Positions 43,015 through 54,192 of a stretch of 64,000 bases of DNA are shown piece after piece. Source of the DNA: Reyranella sp. GTDB lineage: Bacteria > Pseudomonadota > Alphaproteobacteria > Reyranellales > Reyranellaceae. Position 1 is the stretch's first letter; each line of letters opens with the position of its first letter. Location of the stretch: positions 122,073-186,072 of the forward strand of contig JAIEOV010000009.1 of assembly GCA_019750135.1 (NCBI GenBank), in the 5' to 3' direction. Position numbers and translations under genes: made by a program. The notes beneath the pieces are model-generated. The model was given only the letters and a program-made list of their open reading frames with translations. It was not told the DNA's origin and made no database searches.

Positions 43015-43527
43015 ATGAAACTGATCGTCAAGGCCGCCGTCGCGGCAACCCTCGCCGCGACCGTCGGCGCCTGCAACATGAGCCAGTCGACGCCGCAGCA
43101 GCTCAACACCACCAACGCCAATTCCCGCATCTACATCGGCTCGCTGAGCTGCAACGTCGGCGGCAGCACCGGCTACGTGCTGGCGTCGCGCAAGACCCTC
43201 GACTGCGTCTTCCTCGGCAAGGACGGCATACAGAGCGCCCAGTACACCGGCACCATCGACAAGGTCGGCATCGACATCGGCTACACCAAGGCCGTGCACA
43301 CGATCTGGCGCGTCTACTCGCTGGGCTCCGATCGGGGTCCGGGCGACCTCAGCGGCACCTATGTCGGCGAGCAGGGCACGGTGGCGGCCGGCCAGCAGGC
43401 CGGCGGCAACTGGATCTACGGCGGCCCCAATGCCGAGATCGGCATGGTGTCGTCGGGCGTCATCCAGGACGCAGGCTACAACCTCGCGACCGGCATCGCC
43501 GGCATGACGATCAAGCTGAAGCGGTAG
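43015..43527 (+). CDS. DUF992-like lipoprotein (tandem paralog)
   Basis: Lipobox VGAC; GSLSCNV..GYVLAS..LDC..YTGTIDKVGIDIG. Confidence 0.75.
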   Translation: MKLIVKAAVAATLAATVGACNMSQSTPQQLNTTNANSRIYIGSLSCNVGGSTGYVLASRKTLDCVFLGKDGIQSAQYTGTIDKVGIDIGYTKAVHTIWRVYSLGSDRGPGDLSGTYVGEQGTVAAGQQAGGNWIYGGPNAEIGMVSSGVIQDAGYNLATGIAGMTIKLKR

Positions 43528-43531
43528 GCTT

Positions 43532-44392
43532 CTACTGCATCGTCGCCGGTTGCAGGGCGCAGCCGGCGACGGTGACGCGATGCATCAACCGGCGCTCGCC
43601 GCTGTAGTCATTGGCGGCGTAGTGCCAGGTCGCGCGATTGTCCCACAGGGCGATCGATCCCTCGCGCCAGCGGAAGCGGCAGGTGAATTCGGGCCGCGAC
43701 GCGTGGCGATAGAGATACTCGAGCAACGGCTTGCTGTCTTCGGCCGACCAGCCCTCGAAGCGCAGGGTGAAGGCCGGGTTGACGTAGAGCGACTTGCGGC
43801 CGCTCAACGGATGGCGGATCACCACCGGGTGCACGACGTCGTCGCCCACCAGGTGCTGGTTGCCGTAGCGGCTGGCGCCTTCGGGGTTGGCTGCATTGAC
43901 GCCCTTGGCGCCGAAGATGTGCGCCGAGCCGTGCACGGCCTTCATGCCTTCCAGCGTGTGCTGCAGGCCGGGCGATAGCGTCTCGAAGGCGCGGTACATG
44001 TTGGCGAACAGCGTGTCGCCGCCCTCCTCCGGCAGTTCGCGCGCCAGCAGGATCGAGCCCATGGCCGGCTCGGCATCGTAGCTGTGGTCGGTGTGCCAGC
44101 CGCCGCCGATGTTGGTCTTCTGCTCGGGCTCCTTGCGCACTTCGGCGATCTCGGGATAGCCCGGCACCGCCTTGAAGAAGCGGTTGACGTCGATCGGCGC
44201 CCAGCGGCGGGCGAATGCGAGGTGCTGGTCCGGCGTCAGCGCCTGGTCACGGAAGAAGATCACGCCGTGCTCGGCGAAGGCCTGCTGCACCTCGTCCCAC
44301 TGGCGATTGCTCATCGAGTTGAGATCGACACCCAGGACCTCGGCGCCGCAGCCACCCGTGAGCTTGCGCACCTGAACCGTTTCGTATGCCAT
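43532..44392 (-). CDS. TauD/TfdA family dioxygenase
   Basis: WHTDHSY, GGDTLFAN, HPVVIRHP, WDNRATWHYA. Confidence 0.92.
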   Translation of the reverse strand: MAYETVQVRKLTGGCGAEVLGVDLNSMSNRQWDEVQQAFAEHGVIFFRDQALTPDQHLAFARRWAPIDVNRFFKAVPGYPEIAEVRKEPEQKTNIGGGWHTDHSYDAEPAMGSILLARELPEEGGDTLFANMYRAFETLSPGLQHTLEGMKAVHGSAHIFGAKGVNAANPEGASRYGNQHLVGDDVVHPVVIRHPLSGRKSLYVNPAFTLRFEGWSAEDSKPLLEYLYRHASRPEFTCRFRWREGSIALWDNRATWHYAANDYSGERRLMHRVTVAGCALQPATMQ

Positions 44393-44414
44393 GACCTTAC
44401 CTCCGCAATGGAGA

Positions 44415-45371
44415 TTACCGGGTTTGCACGCCGAGGAGCAACAGCACCGCCGACAAGGTGAAGATGCTGGCACCCGTCGAAATGACGACGGCGTTGGTCG
44501 CGAGGCCGACGCCGGTCCGGTAGAGCTGGGCCACCAGATAGACGTTGGCACCGGCCGGCAGGGCGGCGTTCAAGGTGGCCACGGTCAGCCACAACGTATC
44601 GAGCGTGAAGACGTAGCGGCCGACGGCCCACACCATCAGCGGCATGACGGCGAGCTTCACCACGGTCGCGAGGGCGCCGGCCTGCCAGTGCTCCTTGATG
44701 CCGACATGGGCGAGCGACGCGCCGGCCATGATCAGGCCGCACGGCGGGGCGGCCAGCGCCAGGGCCTGCAGAACCTTGTCGATCACCACCGGCATGCCGA
44801 GCCCCGGGATCATCGCCGTCAGCTCGGCCCAGGCGAGGCCGGCGAAGATCGACGGGATCACCGGGTGCTTCATCATCATCAGCGCCGCGCCGCCCAGCTT
44901 GGCGAGCAGGCGGCCACCCCCGCCGCCGCCCGAGCCGATCTCCAGCAGGAACGAGCACAGCGTCAGCATGATCAGCGAGTTGACGCTGATGATCATCAGC
45001 AGCGGCACCAGCCCCGCCTCGCCGAAGGCATAGGTGATGAAGGGGATGCCGATGCCGACGCCGTTGGAGAAGGTGCCGGACAGGGCAAACACCGCCTGGT
45101 CGCCGAGCTTCATGCCGAGCGCGCGGCCGAGCGGCATCAGCAGGAAATAGAGCAGCAGCCCGGTGCCGAAGAACACGACGATGATGTCGGGCTCGAGCGC
45201 CTCCAGCCGCACCTTGGCCATCGAGCGGAACAGCAGCGCCGGGAACAGGGAATAGAAGGCGACCTGCGTCAGCCCGCGCAGGCCGTCGGCCGTGAGCAGC
45301 CAGCGTCCGAGCGCCCAGCCGACCGCGACCGTGCCGAACACCGGCACGATGATGTCGATGATGGCGCTCAA
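44415..45371 (-). CDS. AEC family transporter
   Basis: PALLFRS, FSNGVGIGIP, LPAGANVY; TTG start. Confidence 0.85.
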   Translation of the reverse strand: MSAIIDIIVPVFGTVAVGWALGRWLLTADGLRGLTQVAFYSLFPALLFRSMAKVRLEALEPDIIVVFFGTGLLLYFLLMPLGRALGMKLGDQAVFALSGTFSNGVGIGIPFITYAFGEAGLVPLLMIISVNSLIMLTLCSFLLEIGSGGGGGGRLLAKLGGAALMMMKHPVIPSIFAGLAWAELTAMIPGLGMPVVIDKVLQALALAAPPCGLIMAGASLAHVGIKEHWQAGALATVVKLAVMPLMVWAVGRYVFTLDTLWLTVATLNAALPAGANVYLVAQLYRTGVGLATNAVVISTGASIFTLSAVLLLLGVQTR

Positions 45372-45373
45372 GT

Positions 45374-45452
45374 GCTGGGGGCGCGCGTCTCAAGTCGCGC
45401 GTCTTTGTCTCCACCAGCTCTTGACGCGCCACTGGAGTGGCGCGCCCCCAGC
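45374..45452. repeat. REP doublet (CACTGGAGTG subtype)
   Basis: GCTGGGGGCGCGC ... GCGCCACTGGAGTGGCGCGCCCCCAGC; right arm matches 26369-26390. Confidence 0.75.
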
Positions 45453-45453
45453 G

Positions 45454-46596
45454 TCACGCCGCCATGGCGAGATTGCTGTAGCGCGTCAGGTGATGCTGCT
45501 GATTGCCGAACATCAGGTCGATCATGGTCAGCCGCTTGAAGTAGTGACTGACCGACAGCTCGTCAGTGACGCCCATGCCGCCGTGCATCTGCACCGCGCT
45601 CTGGCCGCAGAACTTGCCCGACTTGCCGATCTGGACCTTGGCGCCCGAGGCGGCCTTGCGGCGCACGACGGAGTCCTTGTCGTCGATCTTGAGCGAGGCC
45701 ATCAGGGTCATCGAGCGCGCTTCCTGGGCGTTGGTGAAGCAGTCGACCATGCGATGCTGCAGCACCTGGAACTTGCCGATCGGCACGCCGAACTGCTTGC
45801 GGGTCTTGATGTACTCGAGCGTCGCCGCATTGATCGCGTCCATGCAGCCCGTCGCCTCGGCGCACAGCGCCACGATGGCATGGTCGACCGCATCCTCGAC
45901 CACGCCGAAGGCGTCATCGACCTTGCCGAGCACGGCGTCGGCGCCGACCGATACCTTGTCGAAGGTGAGCTCCGAGGCGCGCAGCGCATCCTGGGTCGGG
46001 TAGTCGCGGCGGGTGATGCCCTTGGCCTTGCCGTCGACCACGAACAGCGTCAGCCCCTTCTCCTCGCGCGCACTGCCCGCGGTGCGGGCGAGCACGATGA
46101 TGTCGTCGGCCGACGGCGCGTTGTAGACCACTCCCTTGTGACCCGACAGCGACCAGCCGTTGCCTTCCTTGGTCGCCTTGAGCGACACGTCGGCCAGATT
46201 GTAGCGCGACTGGCGCTCGAGCCAGGCGAAGGCGAACTGCTTCTTGCCCTCGATCATCGGCGCGAGCAGCGCTTCCTTCTGGGCCTTCGAGCCCGCCTTG
46301 GCGATCATGCCGCCGCCCAGCACGACGGTCGGCAGGAACGGCTCCAGCACCAGGCCCTTTCCGAACTGCTCCATGACGATCATGGTCTCGATCGGCCCGC
46401 CGCCGTAGCCGCCGTCCTCTTCGGAGAACGCCATGCCGAGCCAGCCCAGCTCGGCCATCTGCGCCCAGTTCTCCGGCAGCCAGCCCTTCTCGGTCGCGGC
46501 AATCTTGCGCCGGTTCTCGAAGGCATACTTGTCGCGAACGAAGCGCTCGGCAGCGTCCTGCAGCTGCTTCTGTTCGTCGGAAAGGGACAGGTCCAT
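45454..46596 (-). CDS. Acyl-CoA dehydrogenase, PimD-like subunit
   Basis: RKQFGVPIGKFQVLQHR, QMHGGMGVTDE, HYFKRL. Confidence 0.88.
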   Translation of the reverse strand: MDLSLSDEQKQLQDAAERFVRDKYAFENRRKIAATEKGWLPENWAQMAELGWLGMAFSEEDGGYGGGPIETMIVMEQFGKGLVLEPFLPTVVLGGGMIAKAGSKAQKEALLAPMIEGKKQFAFAWLERQSRYNLADVSLKATKEGNGWSLSGHKGVVYNAPSADDIIVLARTAGSAREEKGLTLFVVDGKAKGITRRDYPTQDALRASELTFDKVSVGADAVLGKVDDAFGVVEDAVDHAIVALCAEATGCMDAINAATLEYIKTRKQFGVPIGKFQVLQHRMVDCFTNAQEARSMTLMASLKIDDKDSVVRRKAASGAKVQIGKSGKFCGQSAVQMHGGMGVTDELSVSHYFKRLTMIDLMFGNQQHHLTRYSNLAMAA

Positions 46597-46623
46597 TTCT
46601 ACTTCCTCCAGATCTCCCGGCGT

Positions 46624-47820
<1,197 letters not shown>

Positions 47821-49017
47821 TTACAGTCCCAACACCAATTTGCTGATGATCCCTTTCTGGATCTCGTTGCTGCCGCCGTAGATCGTGGTCTTGCGCGTGT
47901 TGAAGTAGCGCGGCGCCGCGAGATGCGCGTAGGCCGGTCCGACCGGCTCCTCGTTGGAGCCCTGCCACAAGAGGCCCGGCAGATACGGCGCGGCGTACTC
48001 GCCCACTGCTTCCATGGTGAGTTCGGTGATGCGCTGCTGGATCTCCGAGCCCCTGACCTTGAGGCCTGACACTTCCGGACCCGGCTGGCCGCCATGCGCC
48101 ATCGCCGAGAGCACGCGCAGCTCGGTGTATTCGAGCGCCGTGAGCTGGATCTCGAGATCGGCGATCTTCTCGGCGAAGCTCTGGTTCTCGATCAGCGGCT
48201 TGCCGTTGTCCTGCTCGCTGCGCGCGATGTCCTTCAGCGCCTCGACGCCACGCTTGGACTGCGGCACCGCGGCGATGCTGAGCCGCTCGTTGGCCAGCAG
48301 GAACTTGGCGCAGGTCCAGCCGTCATTCTCCTTGCCGACGAGGTTGGCGACCGGAACCTTGACGTTGTCGAGGAAGATCTCGTTCACCTCATGGCCGCCG
48401 TCGGCCATGATGATGGGCTTCACCGTGATGCCCGGCGTCTTCATGTCGATCAGCAGGAAGGAGATGCCTTCCTGCGGCTTGGCCTTGGGATCGGTGCGCA
48501 CCAGGCAGAAGATCCAGTCGGCCCAGTGACCCATCGTCGTCCAGGTCTTCGAGCCGTTGACGATGTAATGGTCGCCTTGCTTTTCCGCCTTGGTGCGAAG
48601 GCTCGCGAGGTCGGAACCGGAGCCCGGCTCGGAATAGCCCTGGCACCACCACACCGTGCTCTCGCGGACCCCCGGCAGATACTTGGCCTTCTGCTCTTCG
48701 GTGCCGAAGGTGTAGATGACCGGCCCGACCATCTTGGTGCCGAACGGGATGATGCCCGGCGCATGCTCCTCGGCGCAGATGTTCTCGAAGATGTAGCGCT
48801 GCGCCGGCGTGAAGCCCGGGCCGCCATGCTTCTTGGGCCAGGTGTAGACCAGCCAGCCCTGCTTCCCGAGCGCCTGCTGCCAGCGCATGTAGTCGTCGCG
48901 GATCAGGTGCTTGCCGTTCTTGACCTTGTCGCGAATGTCGGCCGGCAGATTGGCCCGGACGAACGCGCGCACGTCGTCGGCGAATTTCTGCTCGTCAGGT
49001 GTAAAAGCAAGGTCCAT
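47821..49017 (-). CDS. Acyl-CoA dehydrogenase, PimC-like subunit (copy 1)
   Basis: WCQGYSEPGSGSDLASL, KPQEGISFLLIDM, IYGGSNEIQKGI. Confidence 0.9.
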   Translation of the reverse strand: MDLAFTPDEQKFADDVRAFVRANLPADIRDKVKNGKHLIRDDYMRWQQALGKQGWLVYTWPKKHGGPGFTPAQRYIFENICAEEHAPGIIPFGTKMVGPVIYTFGTEEQKAKYLPGVRESTVWWCQGYSEPGSGSDLASLRTKAEKQGDHYIVNGSKTWTTMGHWADWIFCLVRTDPKAKPQEGISFLLIDMKTPGITVKPIIMADGGHEVNEIFLDNVKVPVANLVGKENDGWTCAKFLLANERLSIAAVPQSKRGVEALKDIARSEQDNGKPLIENQSFAEKIADLEIQLTALEYTELRVLSAMAHGGQPGPEVSGLKVRGSEIQQRITELTMEAVGEYAAPYLPGLLWQGSNEEPVGPAYAHLAAPRYFNTRKTTIYGGSNEIQKGIISKLVLGL

Positions 49018-49149
49018 ACAACCCTCCCGGACAGGGCCTTCGTTTGCGCCGGAGTTTAGCCACGAGGCCGGTCGGGACAAGCGTAAGAATCCCGGATCGC
49101 GGCTCATGACGCCGCGACGCGAAACGACCTTACGTAGATTTTCTTTTCG

Positions 49150-49696
49150 TCATCCGCCGATGGCGCGGCGGAAGAAGCGATCGAGTTGCGCCATGTCCAG
49201 CTGCGACACGGCGGCCGGCAGGCGGGTCCGCAGCGTCTCCAGCGTCCCGTCGATCCAGGCATCCAGCACCGGCAAGCGTTGCGCCTCAGCCGCCTCGCTG
49301 GCCAGTCGCTTGTTGCGCAGCAGATCGCGCATCGCCTCCTGGACATCGGCCGGGACGGACGTGGCGTCGACGAGATCGAAGAACCGCATGGGTACCGGCC
49401 CGCAATGCTCCAACAGGAACAGGCAGGCCAGCAACGGCCGCAGAGCATAGAAGTACTTCTTCTGCCGCACCGTCTCGCCGGTGAGATAGGTCCGGCGCTG
49501 TCCTTCGCCCATGCTGCAGGTACCAGTCCCTCGGATGGACGTAGAGGAAACGCACGTCGTAGTCGCTGTCGGCCGATGCGAAGTCCCACGCCCGGCTCCC
49601 CGATTCGCAGGCGTAGAACACCTCGACGCCGAACTCGCCCTCGATATCGGCGAGCCTCCTGTCGATCTGTTGGCGAATGTCGGCGGGGATTGTCAT
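49150..49696 (-). pseudogene. YcgL/RlaP-like pol-beta nucleotidyltransferase with internal deletion and frameshift
   Basis: N part ACESGSRAWDFASADSDYDVRFLY..WYL joins out of frame to C part (SM)GEGQRRTYL...KKYFYALRPLLA; the family's middle segment is absent. Confidence 0.75.
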
Positions 49697-51045
49697 GTGT
49701 CCTTCAGCCGGCCGCCAACCGCCGACGTCGTTGCATACCGTTCCGGAGACAGGGAGAAGACCGAGCCTTGCCAGTCTTCCTTGTGCGCTTCCAGCTTAAG
49801 GCGATTCTTGTGCGCCGCATCGACAAATAGCTGCAGCGCGGCACGGTCCTCCATGGCCGCCGTGTCGACGCCGAGATGCTGAGCGAAGAGCCGGCGGCGC
49901 AGTTCGAGTGCGACGGTGGCGTCCCAGATCGAGGCGTTCATTTCGGTATGACCGGCCAGCGAGAAGGGATGCAGGTTGCAGGAGCCGACGGTGGCCCAGA
50001 CATCGTCGATCAGCATGATCTTGGCATGGACGTAGGCGGCGCGCCGCATCCCATTGCGGTGCTCCGTCAGGCCGGCCAGGGTGAAGTTGTCGTGACGGCC
50101 GAGCGCCTCGATGCCCCAGAACCGTGCCGCCTGCTGCGGATCGTTGCGTCCCTCGTTGCGGGCCTCGTAGACATACTGCTCGGCAATCGCCGGCACGAGC
50201 ATGACGACATCGACGCCGCGTTCGACGGCCGCCAGCAGATGGCGGGCGACCTCCGGCATCGGGATCGCCTGGTTCTGAAGGTAGATCGTGCGCCGCGCCG
50301 CATCGATCGCGCGCTGGTACTGCTCCAGGATCGATCGCTCGACCCGCACCGGCGGATAGCGCCGCGCATCGAGCATGCGCTGGACCTGCACGGTGCTCGG
50401 CCCGCAGGCGGGGCGCGGCTGGTCCGCATAGGGCAGCTCGTCGCTGGCGTCGCAGCCCCAGTTGCCGTCGGACGCATGGCGGTCGCTCGCCTCGTTCCAG
50501 CGCTCGACGAAATTGTGACGCACGTCCGTCGCCGACGGCCCGGTCACCTCGACATAGACGTCGTGCAGGCGCAGGGCGACGCTGGTGAGGTTGAGGCCGC
50601 CGACGAAGGACGTCTCCGATGGCTGCCCGGCGTCGATCACCCAGCTCTTCTGATGCTGGCAGAACACCGTCGCCGCTCGGTCCCAGCGGATCTTCAGGCG
50701 CGAGCCACGCTTCGCAAGCAGCGCGCGCTGCTCGGGCGAGCCGCCGAACATGCGCGGGCTGGGCGCCGTCTCGGGATTGGGGCGCCAGATCAACAGCCGT
50801 ACGTCGACGCCGCGCGCAACGGCGCGATCGAGCACATCGAACAGCGGTTCCTTCCCATCCGGCAGCAGGAAGTCGTCGGAATAGAAGGCAACGGTCAGCC
50901 AGATGCTGTGGCGCGCCTGAGCGATCGCCTCGCCGATACGCCCCATGATCTGCGGCCCGTCGATGAAAGCCCGCACGCGGTTGCCGGGACGCGCCGGGTA
51001 AGGTCCCGACGTCGTGGCCGGAATGTAGGAACCGTCAGCAGTCAC
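49693..51045 (-). CDS. Phospholipase D family protein
   Basis: Two HKD motifs, HQKSWVID and HAKIMLID...GSCN; GTGA and ATGA overlaps at both ends. Confidence 0.88.
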   Translation of the reverse strand: MTADGSYIPATTSGPYPARPGNRVRAFIDGPQIMGRIGEAIAQARHSIWLTVAFYSDDFLLPDGKEPLFDVLDRAVARGVDVRLLIWRPNPETAPSPRMFGGSPEQRALLAKRGSRLKIRWDRAATVFCQHQKSWVIDAGQPSETSFVGGLNLTSVALRLHDVYVEVTGPSATDVRHNFVERWNEASDRHASDGNWGCDASDELPYADQPRPACGPSTVQVQRMLDARRYPPVRVERSILEQYQRAIDAARRTIYLQNQAIPMPEVARHLLAAVERGVDVVMLVPAIAEQYVYEARNEGRNDPQQAARFWGIEALGRHDNFTLAGLTEHRNGMRRAAYVHAKIMLIDDVWATVGSCNLHPFSLAGHTEMNASIWDATVALELRRRLFAQHLGVDTAAMEDRAALQLFVDAAHKNRLKLEAHKEDWQGSVFSLSPERYATTSAVGGRLKDT

Positions 51046-52259
51046 TGGGCCATCGGCGCCGGCACGATCAGGGCCTTGTCGGCCTTCAGCCTGGCGATGT
51101 CGGCGTCGCTCACGCCCGCCTCGCGCAGCACCTCCTCGCCGTCGCCGCCAATCCGCGGCGCATGACGGCGGAACTCGACCTTGGTCTTCTCGAAGTCGAG
51201 CGGACTGGCAAAGGTCGTGATCGGCCCTTCCGTCGGATGCTCGCGCTCGGTGAAGAAGCCGGTCGCCTTGAGATGCGGATCGTCCCGAAGCTCCTCGAGG
51301 GAGCGCACCGGCATCGCCGGGATGTCGGCCTTGTCGAACATCTCCAGCCATTCCTCGGTCGGCCGATGCTCGAGCAGCGACGCCAGCACCTGGTAGAGCT
51401 CGCTGAAATGCTTGGCGCGTTCGTTGCGATCGATGAAGCGCTGCTCCTTGCAGAGGTCAGGGCGGCCGGCGAGCTCGAAGAAGGTCAGCCAGTGCGCGTC
51501 GGTGTAGGGCAGCGCGCAGATGAAGCCGTCCTTGGTTTTGAAGGGATGGCGGAACTTGTTGATGATGCGGTCGTAGCCCATGGCGCCGCGCTCGGGCGTC
51601 CAGGTGGCGCCGAACAGGTGCTCGGTCAGCCAGAACGAGGCCAGCGTCTCCAGCATCGGCACCTCGATCATCTGCCCCTCGCCGGTCTTCTGGCGATGGT
51701 AGAGCGCGCCCAGCACGGCGATGCAGAGATGAAGCCCCGTGGTCTTGTCGGCGATCAGGCTCGGCATGAAGCGCGGCGGCAGGCCGTCGACGCGCGACTG
51801 CAGCGAGGCCGCACCGCTCACGCCCTGCACCAGGTCGTCGAAGGCGGGCTTGTGGCCGTAGGGCCCCTTGCGCGCATAGCCCAGCGAGTAGGCGTAGATG
51901 ATCGACGGATTGACCTTCTTCAGGTCCTCGTAGCCCAGACCCAGGCGCTCGATCGCCTGGGGCCGGCTGTTGTGGATGAAGAGATCGGCCTTCCTGACCA
52001 GTTCCTTCAGCACGGCGCAGGCGGCAGGCTTCTTGAGGTCGAGGCAGAGCGAGCGCTTGTTGCGGTTGGCCGCCATGTAGATCGGCCCCATGCTCTTGTC
52101 GCGCCCCATCGAGCCGCCCGACACGCGCAGCAGATCGCCCTCCGGCGGCTCGACCTTGATCACGTCGGCGCCCATGTCGGCCAGGTGCTGGGTGGCGAAC
52201 GGCCCCAGCAGCACCGCCGTCAGATCGATCACACGCACGCCCGCAAGCGGTCCCGGCAT
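51042..52259 (-). CDS. CaiB/BaiF class III CoA-transferase
   Basis: PLAGVRVIDL, GADVIKVEPPEGD, NRNKRS. Confidence 0.92.
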   Translation of the reverse strand: MPGPLAGVRVIDLTAVLLGPFATQHLADMGADVIKVEPPEGDLLRVSGGSMGRDKSMGPIYMAANRNKRSLCLDLKKPAACAVLKELVRKADLFIHNSRPQAIERLGLGYEDLKKVNPSIIYAYSLGYARKGPYGHKPAFDDLVQGVSGAASLQSRVDGLPPRFMPSLIADKTTGLHLCIAVLGALYHRQKTGEGQMIEVPMLETLASFWLTEHLFGATWTPERGAMGYDRIINKFRHPFKTKDGFICALPYTDAHWLTFFELAGRPDLCKEQRFIDRNERAKHFSELYQVLASLLEHRPTEEWLEMFDKADIPAMPVRSLEELRDDPHLKATGFFTEREHPTEGPITTFASPLDFEKTKVEFRRHAPRIGGDGEEVLREAGVSDADIARLKADKALIVPAPMAQ

Positions 52260-52461
52260 CTCGCGCCCACCCTCATTCTGTTCGGTTCGCCACAATGACG
52301 CGATCGGACGGCAAAGCAACAACGCCACGCGATCAGCGCTTGCAGTTCAGAACTTCTGTGCGCTTCGTCACGTTCGCTCCGTACATTTTCTCGAACCGCC
52401 GGCAAGAAAATGTCCTTTCGAGCGCGCGTACCTGTCTCGCCGGTCGGGGCGTTCCACCACC

Positions 52462-53691
52462 ATGAAAATCCTGATTGTCGGCGGTGGCGTCGGCGGACTC
52501 ACCACTGCGCTCTGCTTGCACCAGGCCGGGATCGAGGGGGAGATTTTCGAGCAGTCGCACGAGCTGCGCGAGCTCGGCGTCGGCTTCAACGTGCTGCCGC
52601 ATGCCATCAGCGTGCTGACCGGACTCGGTCTCCTGCCCGAGCTCGATCGCGCCGGCATCCGCACGCGCGAGCTGATCTATTGCAATCGCTTCGGCCAGAC
52701 GGTGTGGCAGGAACTGCGCGGCAGCGACGCCGGATACGACGTGCCGCAGTTCAGCATCCACCGCGGCAAGCTGCACAGGGTCCTTTTACGCGCGGTGCTC
52801 GATCGCCTGGGACCCGGCCGCATCCATACCGGGTGCCGCCTTGTCGGCTTCGACGACAGGCAGGACCGAGTCGTCGCGTCGTTCAACGGTCGGCCGGACG
52901 TCGAGGGCGATGCCCTGGTCGGCGCCGACGGCATCCATTCCGCGGTTCGATCATGTCTCTACCCCGATGAAGGACCGCCCATCTGGAACGGCACGATGTT
53001 GTGGCGCGGCGCCACCGAATGGCCGGCCTACGGCGACGGCCGGACGATGGTGATCGCCGGCGGCAATGCCGCCAAGTTCGTGTTCTATCCGATCCACGTC
53101 GACCCGGCGCGGCCCGACATGCGCCTCACCAACTGGGCGATCATGGCGCGTCTCAGCGACGAGCAGATACCGCCGCGACGAGAAGACTGGAACCGCATCG
53201 GCCAGCGCGACGAGGCGCTGCCCTTCGTGCGCGACAGGTTCCGCCTCGATTTCCTCGACCCGGTGGCGCTGATCGAGGCGACCGAGACGTTCTACGAGTA
53301 TCCCAACTGCGACCGCGATCCCCTGCCGCGCTGGTCGTTCGGCCGCGTGACCCTGCTGGGCGATGCCGCGCATCCGATGTATCCGGTCGGCAGCAACGGC
53401 GCGAGCCAGGCGATCCTCGATGCGCAGTGCCTGGCACGACACCTCACTGCCGCGTCATCGGTCGCCGACGCCTTCACCGCCTATGACGACGAACGCCGCC
53501 CGGCCATGGCGAAGATCGTCGAGTCAAACCGCAAAGGCGGCCCCGAGGGCGTCATAGACATGATCGAGGCGCGCGCCCCGGACGGCTTCGACGACATCGA
53601 CCGGATCGCCAGCCACGCCGAGCGCGAGGCGGTGGTGCGCGGCTACGCCTCGATGGCGGGCTTCGCGCGCGAGCAGGTCAACCGGCGTTAG
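52462..53691 (+). CDS. FAD-dependent monooxygenase
   Basis: GGGVGG, GADGIHS, GDAAHPMYPVGSNGASQ. Confidence 0.9.
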   Translation: MKILIVGGGVGGLTTALCLHQAGIEGEIFEQSHELRELGVGFNVLPHAISVLTGLGLLPELDRAGIRTRELIYCNRFGQTVWQELRGSDAGYDVPQFSIHRGKLHRVLLRAVLDRLGPGRIHTGCRLVGFDDRQDRVVASFNGRPDVEGDALVGADGIHSAVRSCLYPDEGPPIWNGTMLWRGATEWPAYGDGRTMVIAGGNAAKFVFYPIHVDPARPDMRLTNWAIMARLSDEQIPPRREDWNRIGQRDEALPFVRDRFRLDFLDPVALIEATETFYEYPNCDRDPLPRWSFGRVTLLGDAAHPMYPVGSNGASQAILDAQCLARHLTAASSVADAFTAYDDERRPAMAKIVESNRKGGPEGVIDMIEARAPDGFDDIDRIASHAEREAVVRGYASMAGFAREQVNRR

Positions 53692-54104
53692 ACGACCAAC
53701 GGCACGTTGGCGACGACGGTCGCCAGCAGGATCGCGTTCAGCAGCATGCCCTTGAGGTGCAAGGTGCGAAGCTGCGGCACGGCCGTGGCGGCACCAGCCG
53801 CTCTGGCTTCGAGCGCGACATCCATGTGCTGCAGGAACCAGCGCCGCGCCATGACCGCCACGGCCGCGACGGCGAGTGCGCCTACCGCGAACACGGGACG
53901 TCCCGAAATCACGTACCCGACGGCGGAAACGACTCCGGCCACGGTCATGACGATGAAGTAGCCGTTGAACAGGCCGCGCAGCAGCTGCGTCACTTCCGGA
54001 ATTTCCAGCCCGACCAGCAGGAAGGTCGGTGACGACAGGAAGAAGCAGGCCATCGGCAGGAGCAGGATGACCGTGGCGTAAAGGGCAAGGGCGTCGGGCG
54101 GCAT
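53688..54104 (-). CDS. Hypothetical membrane protein (about 4 TM)
   Basis: GAGG RBS, MPPDALALYATVILLLPM..., hydrophobic helices. Confidence 0.65.
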   Translation of the reverse strand: MPPDALALYATVILLLPMACFFLSSPTFLLVGLEIPEVTQLLRGLFNGYFIVMTVAGVVSAVGYVISGRPVFAVGALAVAAVAVMARRWFLQHMDVALEARAAGAATAVPQLRTLHLKGMLLNAILLATVVANVPLVV

Positions 54105-54192
54105 GGGTTCCCTCGGAGATTGGCCCAAGGGTATGCGCCACATCCCTGCACCTCCATTCGACTTTGGTCTGAATTTCAACCAGCGAGAGAGG

